NCBI GenBank assembly: GCA_043753995.1
Contig: JAYUVP010000181.1
Span: forward strand, 1-17,433
Source of the DNA: Fibrobacterota bacterium
GTDB lineage: Bacteria > Fibrobacterota > Fibrobacteria > UBA11236
Direction: 5' to 3'
Length of the DNA: 17,433 nucleotides
In this document: in pieces, positions 1 to 6,916 of the stretch
Layout of the letters: every line of letters begins with the position of its first letter
How positions within the stretch are numbered: position 1 is the first letter of the stretch
The notes under the pieces: generated by a model
Told to the model about the DNA's origin: nothing
What the model saw: only the letters and a program-made list of their open reading frames with translations
The model's database searches: none
Translations under genes and position numbers: made by a program

Positions 1-3000
1 CTTAAAAGGCAGGTCCAAGATGGGACCAATGGGCGCGACAATACAAGTGTTCCCGGCATCCGTTTCAATCCCCCCTATAATGGCGTGAATACATCGGGAG
101 CTTGGGGCTTCAACCGTTACAATTTGGGCAGTGTGATTGCAATATTCATGTATTGGGATCTCACTGGCAATAAAGATTATTACAACATTGGAATCGATAA
201 TCTCAATTACAATCTGGGGCTAAATCCTTGGGATATCTGCTTTGTCATGGGAGCGGGCGACAAGAATTTGCAGCACCCACATAATCGGGCCGCCAATCCC
301 GAAGGCTATAATGCTGGTGGGTTTCCCTATGAGTACAAAGTTCCCAAAGGTGCCCTCATGGGAGGTGTTGCACCCGAATCGACCCTTGTGGATGTATGGT
401 CCAGCTTTACTATTTCCGAAACCTGCATCGACTACTCGGCCCAAATCGCCATTCCCGCGCAAATGCTCGCTGAAGATTTGCCTGAAGACAAAGTCGGGCC
501 GAAATATCGCAATGTGAATGTGATTCCTGAAGATGTGCGTGCCACCGTGTCTTGGACCACGGATGAACTTTCTCGTGACACATTGTATTTACTGGATGGC
601 CCGGGCGGAAAATTATTGCAAGCGGTGAGCCCCGATACTCTGGCGAAATCCAAGCAATTGGTTTTGCTCAATCTCAAGCCATCCACCACCTATTATTTCT
701 GGTTCAAAGGAATGGATATTCGCCGCAATATCACCGAGGATAAAAACGGCGGTAGCTATTATCGCTTCACCACCCTCGCCGGCCCCAAGCCTCCCCCACA
801 AATCACGGGCGTCAAGGTTTGCAATGAAACCCATGAAAAAGCGACGGTAACGTGGTGGACTCGCAATGGCCAATACGATAGCCGCGTCGACTATGATCTT
901 GCCACTCAGGCGGGCAAACCCACCAAGATCAAGCAACCCGACGATACGGGATTGCCGACGGTATTTCATGCGGTGACCTTGGATGGCTTGACTCCGGCGA
1001 CGGGCTACAAATACAGCGTCACTTCCGGTTCGCTCACTGACGACAGCAGCGGAGGCTATTATCGCTTCGGCACCACCCAGGTGCTTGTCGACTATGACAT
1101 TCGCGTCAAGGCGACCAATAAAGCCCAGCAACCCGGTGGATTTCAAGTTTATATCGACATCACAAACAATGAGCAAAAGCCTTATACCGGCGTTGAGCTT
1201 CGCTTTTATTTCACCGCCGACGCCACCCTGGCTGCTGGCCTGACTGCCAAGGGCAATGATCATCAATTGCGCGGCGTAGGTGGTTCGAATATCGGCATGG
1301 ACATCGCTTTCGGTACCAATGGCGACGGCAAGCCCGTGCAGGTGCCTGGCTTTACCGACCAATGGTATTTCCCCATCGTGATTAAGAGCACCTTGCCTGT
1401 GGCGGGACGGGCTAGCATTGACTTGCAGATTTTCACCGGAAATGCTTGGACCAATTTACCCTTCTCCGATATGACCAAGGCGTGGTCGGTCCGGGCACAT
1501 TCGTCTCCGCCCGATCCGGTGGTCTTTGGCGGCATCGATTTTAGCCGTGCCTTGAGCGGCCAATATACCGGTCCTGAGCCGATTGAAAAAATCAATGGCC
1601 AGAATGTCGTCACCTATGTCGAAACTCAGTATATCGCCGCGTATTATGAAGGGGTGCATGTATTCGGTTATGGACCCGATTTCGTGACCAATGTCATAGA
1701 GAAAGTCAGGCAAGCCAAACTGACTCTGTCGGCACCGGTCATGAGCCCCGTGGACAAATTGGATATCCGGCAAGAGAAAGCACCCAATTTGATGCTCGGT
1801 GGCAAGGCTTCGGTTTCGCCCGATGGCAGAATCGACGAAGTGTGGGTGAATGGCAAATCCCTGCCGAACACCGAGATTACCAAGGCAGCCAATGGTGACG
1901 CGTCTTTCTCCCATGCAGTGACCGTGGCAGAAGGCACGAATTATTTCGACGTCGTGGCTTTCGACACCGTGCATTGCGTTTTTGACGCGCAAAAAGTGGC
2001 CGTAAATTGGATCAAGGCCCCGCCTCCGCCGCCAGACACCGTTAAAGTCGTGGTCGCGACACCCGGATCAAAAACCAGTCGCGATCCTTTCCCCGTGGCC
2101 TTGGCTTCGGCCACACCTGGCGCCACCATTTGGTATACCCTGGACGGAAATGATCCCCAACCGGGCAAGGCTGGCACGGTGGAATACAAGGGTCCTATCA
2201 CTATCAGCCAAGCTGCGGTGACCCTCAAAGCCAAGGCGACCAAGGCAGACATGGCCCCCAGCGGAGTCACCGCCGAAACCTATTCCATCCTTCCTTTTCG
2301 CGCCGTGAATGTGACCTCAGCTTGGCTGCGCGATCGCACTGCTGATGGCTATGCCGAAAATCTGGTCTTGCATTTGGATATCTCGGGCGGCCTTCCCGAT
2401 GCCGCCATGGCCTTGGCCCAATTGCAAGCCGCTAAAATCACGGGTGGTTTTGCCTTGGATGCCGCCGCCTTGGCCGCAGCCCTGGCGCCCGCAACGGGAG
2501 GCGCTCCAAGCGGCCTCTCGGGTGATTCCTTGACCTTGCCCTTGCAGTCTAATGTCTTGCCTGTGATCGGTGGCACAGCAACCCTCACCCTTGCCCTGCC
2601 CACCTCACCCGCGGACGGCCTGCTGGGTCCAGGAACCTTTCCGCTGCGTGATGGGGTAGCGCCCGTATTACGGTCGGCCGTTTTGCGTCGCCATGATCCC
2701 GCCTTGGTCGGCGCTCCGGATACTCTGGTCCTTGTCACGAGCGAATCCCTGAACCTTCCTTCCGTGCGCGGCCAAGCTTTCTCCGCCTGGGATATCACGG
2801 CGGGCACGGCCTATGCCTTCGATATTGCCAGCGGTTCGGTTCTCGCGCTAGGCAATCTCAAAACCGCCGAGATCGCTTATGCCTTCCCCGTGCTCAGCAC
2901 TCCGGCTTCGGGAGGCCAGCCTGCCTTGCCCGATGGCGGCGACTCCGTATGGATATCGGTCTCCGCTGGCATCAGCGATACCGCTGGACAAATCCAGCTC

Positions 3001-3510
3001 AACCCAGGTAACCGGCGTGTGACTCTTCGCATCGCCGTGCCCCTGCATCTCACCGTAGGTCCGGTGGCGGCTGGCGGCGTGTCGCATATTCCCCAGCCTC
3101 CCCCAGGAGACCCGACTTGGTCCGTAGTGGCCGAAGGAGCGGGTCCCCTAGGCAATTCAGCGGGCACCGGATTGCCCGTCCGCCTGGGCACCATCAATCC
3201 AACGCAATTCGGCGGACTCAGCGTCACAGCCACCGCGCCATTCCATATCGACTTGCAGATTTTTACCAATCTCGGGCAACTGGTTAACCATGTCGCCCTC
3301 CAATTGGATGACGCGGCTTTTGCGCGACTCCCCTCGGCTGGCGGCGGATCCAAAAAGCTGGACTTGTTATGGAATGGCCGAAGTAAGAATGGGCAATTGG
3401 CCGCGACCGGCGCTTTTATTTATGTATGGGTCTTGACCGGCTTCGATACCGAAGGCAAACCCGTGTCCCAAGGTGATCGTAAAATCTACGGCGTCTTGCG
3501 AACCCAATAA
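1..3510 (+). CDS. Multidomain glycoside hydrolase family 9 protein (putative cellulase), 5'-truncated by the window edge: GH9 C-terminal part, 2 Fn3-like domains, CBM3-like domain, Ig-like domain, Pro linker, chitobiase/Fn3-associated domain, Fibrobacter-type C-terminal region
   Basis: Frame 1 is open from base 1 (LKRQVQDG...), so the GTG at 85 is internal. GH9 C-terminal motifs are present: NYNLGLNPW..CFVMG.G, HPHNR (cf. HPHHR), GALMGG and D.W..F..SETCIDYSA, with the putative catalytic Glu at 418-420. Later motifs: ATVSWTT/ATVTWWT...L.P.T.Y (Fn3-like), IDITNN...GVELRFYFT (CBM3-like), ASATPGATIWYTLDGNDP (chitobiase/Fn3-associated) and terminal WNGRSKNGQLAATGAFIY. Confidence 0.88.
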   Translation, partial: LKRQVQDGTNGRDNTSVPGIRFNPPYNGVNTSGAWGFNRYNLGSVIAIFMYWDLTGNKDYYNIGIDNLNYNLGLNPWDICFVMGAGDKNLQHPHNRAANPEGYNAGGFPYEYKVPKGALMGGVAPESTLVDVWSSFTISETCIDYSAQIAIPAQMLAEDLPEDKVGPKYRNVNVIPEDVRATVSWTTDELSRDTLYLLDGPGGKLLQAVSPDTLAKSKQLVLLNLKPSTTYYFWFKGMDIRRNITEDKNGGSYYRFTTLAGPKPPPQITGVKVCNETHEKATVTWWTRNGQYDSRVDYDLATQAGKPTKIKQPDDTGLPTVFHAVTLDGLTPATGYKYSVTSGSLTDDSSGGYYRFGTTQVLVDYDIRVKATNKAQQPGGFQVYIDITNNEQKPYTGVELRFYFTADATLAAGLTAKGNDHQLRGVGGSNIGMDIAFGTNGDGKPVQVPGFTDQWYFPIVIKSTLPVAGRASIDLQIFTGNAWTNLPFSDMTKAWSVRAHSSPPDPVVFGGIDFSRALSGQYTGPEPIEKINGQNVVTYVETQYIAAYYEGVHVFGYGPDFVTNVIEKVRQAKLTLSAPVMSPVDKLDIRQEKAPNLMLGGKASVSPDGRIDEVWVNGKSLPNTEITKAANGDASFSHAVTVAEGTNYFDVVAFDTVHCVFDAQKVAVNWIKAPPPPPDTVKVVVATPGSKTSRDPFPVALASATPGATIWYTLDGNDPQPGKAGTVEYKGPITISQAAVTLKAKATKADMAPSGVTAETYSILPFRAVNVTSAWLRDRTADGYAENLVLHLDISGGLPDAAMALAQLQAAKITGGFALDAAALAAALAPATGGAPSGLSGDSLTLPLQSNVLPVIGGTATLTLALPTSPADGLLGPGTFPLRDGVAPVLRSAVLRRHDPALVGAPDTLVLVTSESLNLPSVRGQAFSAWDITAGTAYAFDIASGSVLALGNLKTAEIAYAFPVLSTPASGGQPALPDGGDSVWISVSAGISDTAGQIQLNPGNRRVTLRIAVPLHLTVGPVAAGGVSHIPQPPPGDPTWSVVAEGAGPLGNSAGTGLPVRLGTINPTQFGGLSVTATAPFHIDLQIFTNLGQLVNHVALQLDDAAFARLPSAGGGSKKLDLLWNGRSKNGQLAATGAFIYVWVLTGFDTEGKPVSQGDRKIYGVLRTQ

Positions 3511-3521
3511 CAGGATGAACA

Positions 3522-4322
3522 ATGCTCATTCAAGAAGATTTCGCGGATATAGCTACCCCCACCGGACCCATGCGGGTCCATCGCTTTTTTCCGCAAACCT
3601 CGGTGCCGCGTCCCGGCATCATTCTCTTTTCTGAAATCTTCCAAGTCACCGGACCCATCGCGCGCACGGCCAGAAAAATCGCCAGTCAAGGCTATGTCGT
3701 GATTGCTCCCGAGGTTTATCATGAATTCGAGCCCGCCGGTTGCGCACTCGCCTATGACAAGGACGGTACGGACAAAGGCAATCGTTACAAGATTGAAAAA
3801 GCCTTGGCAAGCTATGACAGCGATGCACGGGCCTGCATCGATTATCTGAAAAACCTTCCCCCCTGCGACGGCAAAATCGGCAGTGTGGGTATTTGCCTGG
3901 GCGGCCACTTATCCTTTCGATGCGCCATGAATCCTGAAATTCTGGCGGGGGTTTGCTATTACGCCACCGACATACACAAAGGCTCCTTAGGCCTTGGTCT
4001 CAAGGACGACTCCTTGGCCCGAATTCCCGAATTGCAAGGGGAAATGCTCATGATTTATGGCAAGCAAGATCCGCATGTGCCCCAAGCCGGTCGCGATTTG
4101 ATTTATAAGACCATGACCGAAGCCAATGTCAATTTCACCTGGCATGAATTCAATGCCCAGCACGCTTTCATTCGCGATGAAGGCCATCGCTACGACGCAG
4201 CCTTGGCAGATCTTACCTACGGCCTGATTTTCGAACTGTTTCACCGCAAGCTTGTCCTGGGGCAAGCCCAGCCTGCCGGGATGGGTGCCGCGACTGCGGG
4301 AGCGCCGCTAAAATTGGGCTAA
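3522..4322 (+). CDS. Dienelactone hydrolase family protein (carboxymethylenebutenolidase-like alpha/beta hydrolase)
   Basis: 266 aa. Nucleophile elbow G-x-C-x-G-G (GICLGG), N-terminal ILFSEIFQV and C-terminal HAF give a Cys/acid/His set. AGGA precedes the ATG, 11 bp after the GH9 stop. Confidence 0.92.
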   Translation: MLIQEDFADIATPTGPMRVHRFFPQTSVPRPGIILFSEIFQVTGPIARTARKIASQGYVVIAPEVYHEFEPAGCALAYDKDGTDKGNRYKIEKALASYDSDARACIDYLKNLPPCDGKIGSVGICLGGHLSFRCAMNPEILAGVCYYATDIHKGSLGLGLKDDSLARIPELQGEMLMIYGKQDPHVPQAGRDLIYKTMTEANVNFTWHEFNAQHAFIRDEGHRYDAALADLTYGLIFELFHRKLVLGQAQPAGMGAATAGAPLKLG

Positions 4323-4892
4323 TTCGGATTTCGATTGAACTATCACGTATTGAATTCCTCTAGAATATATTCTGGCAGGAATATCACCGATTTCTCTGTT
4401 TTTCGGGTTCGCCCTTGCCCTGACCCAGATTCCAAAATCGACGTCCAAGATTTTAATATGAGCCGGAGCTGGAGCCGAAACCGTCGGTCTTGGGGTTTTG
4501 GCCTAAATCCTTTCATAGCCCGATCACGTAATCCTTCAAGTCGATCCCGTTTTATACCCTATGACCCGGGTACAGATGCTGCGACTTATCTGGCGTCCGA
4601 TTCTCCCCGGTGACAATTAATAAGGGTTTGACCGATGAACAAATCCTGCCGCTCGCCATCTCCGCAACGGATAGGGGAAATACAATCTCGGGATGTTTCC
4701 CGCCTATTCGAATACGGTACTCGAATTCTGCAATGGCAATTGCCATACGCAAACTTTTTCGGCTGCCGATTTCTACCAGTTGGATCCCTCCTATAACTTC
4801 CGATTCGTGAATCTTATACTGCTTTAACCGGCACCCACACCATAAGTGTAAACGTCCTCGACAGAACCGAAGGACAATCGCTTTTTTCCCCT

Positions 4893-4920
4893 TCCAGCTC
4901 ATTTTTGAAGGCTGGGTTTT
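4893..4920 (+). terminator. Weak candidate intrinsic terminator
   Basis: TCCAGC-TCA-tttt-TGA-ag-GCTGGG is an imperfect hairpin followed by TTTT. Confidence 0.3.
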
Positions 4921-4934
4921 CTGCGCGAAGGTCC

Positions 4935-4961
4935 TACCTTTGTCCCTTCATTTTTTGGAGG
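4935..4961 (+). promoter_or_regulatory. Candidate FCB-type -7 promoter element (TACCTTTG) and Shine-Dalgarno GGAGG for the first OmpA gene
   Basis: TACCTTTG at 4935-4942 matches the Bacteroidota TAnnTTTG consensus. GGAGG at 4957-4961 lies 6 nt before the ATG at 4968. Confidence 0.5.
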
Positions 4962-4967
4962 TCCTAC

Positions 4968-6821
4968 ATGCGATTTTTCTCACCTGCCGTGGTGCTAATG
5001 GCCGGCGCCGCTATGGCTTCGCAAAGCGAAGATGGAGCTGTGGGCCTAGCCCGCGTTCAAAGCGCTCAATTGCCTGAAGATCTCACCTTGGGCATTGGCG
5101 TTTACAATCGCCTGGTGAATACATCGGATTTCCTTTCGGCATTTAACCACACTCTCGGCGACAATCGCGCCGTCGATCGCGGCCAGGCAACCTCCGCCGA
5201 TCTTTATTCTTCGGACCATACCTTGGGCCTAAGCCTTGCCGGCGGTCGATGGTATGAAATCAGCGCGGCATTGCCCTTTTATTATCAAGACCTGACCTTG
5301 AGTGATCGCGAAATCTCCGGGGTTTTCCTTGGCGATTTAAGGCTTGGCCTGCAAGCCTCGAAAACTTTCGGCGAAGGCAATCAACCTTGGGCCATTGCCT
5401 TGCAATTGGGTGGGGCCTTGCCCACTTCCAAGCCCGCTACCGGACCCGTCGCCCGCCGCCTTGAGGAAACTCCTGCCAAGACTTCGGTATACGACGACGG
5501 CTCACGCGGCGGCGGAACTTCCCGCGGAGACCTACGCACCGGACTGGCGCTGACCTATGACTTCACCAAGGCCGTAGCGCCCAAGCCCTTCTCCTTCACG
5601 GGAAATGTCCATGTACGCACGACATCCCCGTTTGTAAAATCCAATCACGATTTCTACGACATTTTCGGTTTCAGTGGCCTCGCCGAATGGCATGCTTTGT
5701 CCTGCCTTACATTATTCGGCCAGCTTGTCCACGAAGGTCGTATCGAGAGCAATTTGCCCAGCAATGCGGATCTGAATACTTGGGGCTTGGGACTGGAAGG
5801 CAAATTGCCCTATCACCTTTCCGTGGTCACCGGTGTGGATTGGGGCTTCGACAATGACGGCACTGCCCCCGCCCGTTATGCGAAAATAGACGGTACCTTG
5901 CCGGTGGACTTCAAGGTGAAAGGCGCCCCTGACGCCCAACTTTATCTGGCCCTCACTTGGCAGGGCAAGGTCGGCAATCTCGATCCCGACAAGGACGGTA
6001 TCGCTGGCACCAAGGACAAATGCCCGCTCGATGCCGAAGACAAAGACGGGTTTGAGGATGAAGATGGATGCCCCGATGCCGATAACGACAAGGACGGCGT
6101 CGCCGACTTGCAAGACAAATGCCCGAATCAAGCAGAAGACAAGGATGGCTTTGAAGACGAAGATGGCTGCCCCGATGTCGACAATGACAAGGACAGCTTA
6201 GCGGATGCTCAGGACAAATGCCCGGTTCAGGCGGAAGACAAAGACGGCTTTGAAGATGAAGACGGATGCCCTGATCTTGACAATGACAACGACGGCATGG
6301 CCGATGCCCAGGACAAATGCCCCTTAGCTCCACAAGGCGTGAATGGCACTGACGGTTGTCCTATGCAAGATGGCGACAAGGACGGCATTGCCGACGCCAC
6401 GGACAAATGTTTGCAGGAAAAAGAGAGCGTCAATGGCTATCAGGACGAAGATGGCTGTCCAGACAAGGCCCCGGTGGAAGAAAAGACCTTGGTCTTAGCC
6501 GGTGTGAATTTTGAAACCGCCAAGGCCGTTTTGAAACCGGAGTCCTTCCCCGTGCTGGATGATTTGGCCAAGCAATTGCAATTGAACACGGTCATTGTCC
6601 TGGAAGTCTCCGGGCATACCGACAATAGCGGTAATGCCTCAAAAAACTTGGCGCTTTCCCAGGCCCGTGCTCAAACCGTCGCCGATTATCTAGTTACCAA
6701 GGGTATGGCGACAGATCGATTGACGGTCAAGGGTTTTGGCTCCACCAAACCTATTGCCGACAATAAGACCGCGGAAGGCAAAGCCCAAAACCGCCGTGTC
6801 GAGTTCAATCGCCTGAAGTAA
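4968..6821 (+). CDS. OmpA-family outer membrane protein with thrombospondin type-3-like repeats (paralog 1)
   Basis: The ATG at 4968 has a GGAGG SD and starts a signal peptide (MRFFSPAVVLMAGAAMA), so it is preferred over the TTG at 4905. The N-terminal region looks like amphipathic beta strands. DxDxDG...CP repeats follow, then a C-terminal OmpA/MotB peptidoglycan-binding domain (VNFET, GHTD, LSQARA, GFG..KP, NRRVEF). Confidence 0.93.
   Translation: MRFFSPAVVLMAGAAMASQSEDGAVGLARVQSAQLPEDLTLGIGVYNRLVNTSDFLSAFNHTLGDNRAVDRGQATSADLYSSDHTLGLSLAGGRWYEISAALPFYYQDLTLSDREISGVFLGDLRLGLQASKTFGEGNQPWAIALQLGGALPTSKPATGPVARRLEETPAKTSVYDDGSRGGGTSRGDLRTGLALTYDFTKAVAPKPFSFTGNVHVRTTSPFVKSNHDFYDIFGFSGLAEWHALSCLTLFGQLVHEGRIESNLPSNADLNTWGLGLEGKLPYHLSVVTGVDWGFDNDGTAPARYAKIDGTLPVDFKVKGAPDAQLYLALTWQGKVGNLDPDKDGIAGTKDKCPLDAEDKDGFEDEDGCPDADNDKDGVADLQDKCPNQAEDKDGFEDEDGCPDVDNDKDSLADAQDKCPVQAEDKDGFEDEDGCPDLDNDNDGMADAQDKCPLAPQGVNGTDGCPMQDGDKDGIADATDKCLQEKESVNGYQDEDGCPDKAPVEEKTLVLAGVNFETAKAVLKPESFPVLDDLAKQLQLNTVIVLEVSGHTDNSGNASKNLALSQARAQTVADYLVTKGMATDRLTVKGFGSTKPIADNKTAEGKAQNRRVEFNRLK
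5982..6467 (+). repeat. Coding tandem repeat: five TSP3-like units (33,33,33,30,33 aa; 99-bp period)
   Basis: Units start at 5982, 6081, 6180, 6279 and 6369. Consensus: D.DKDG.AD..DKCP..AEDKDGFEDEDGCPD. Confidence 0.92.
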
Positions 6822-6831
6822 TTTTTCTTGA

Positions 6832-6878
6832 GAAAAAGCTCGGCCTTTCTCAGGGAAAGGCTGAGCTTTTTCGTTTTT
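6832..6878. terminator. Rho-independent terminator, probably bidirectional
   Basis: GAAAAAGCTCGGCCTTTC-tcagg-GAAAGGCTGAGCTTTTTC forms an 18-bp stem with one G-U pair. An A-tract opens the 5' arm and T-tracts close and follow the 3' arm. It begins 10 bp after the stop codon of paralog 1. Confidence 0.9.
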
Positions 6879-6916
6879 AGGAAGGCCGAATTCACTCACA
6901 GGATTAAATTGCCAAC

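Noticed and set aside
85..87. GTG start of the GH9 ORF given by the ORF track
   Set aside because: The frame is open to base 1 and the protein begins mid-GH9 domain, so the real start is upstream of the window.
121..2520. GC shift within the GH9 gene (about 35-38% at 121-240 versus about 80% at 2461-2520) as evidence of a mosaic origin
   Set aside because: These are short hand-picked lines, and amino-acid composition (Asn/Tyr/Ile versus Ala/Pro/Gly) largely explains the shift. A GC3 analysis would be needed.
4733..4770. GGCAA...ACGCAAAC resembling a c-di-GMP-I riboswitch
   Set aside because: There is no GNRA-capped P2 stem between the two motifs and no proper P3 stem.
4335..4902. Short ORFs in the spacer (4335-4613 +, 4552-4902 -, 4610-4810 +, and a 53-aa ORF at 4635-4796 +)
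   Set aside because: They overlap one another and have no recognisable motifs or strong SD. They cannot be supported without homology data.
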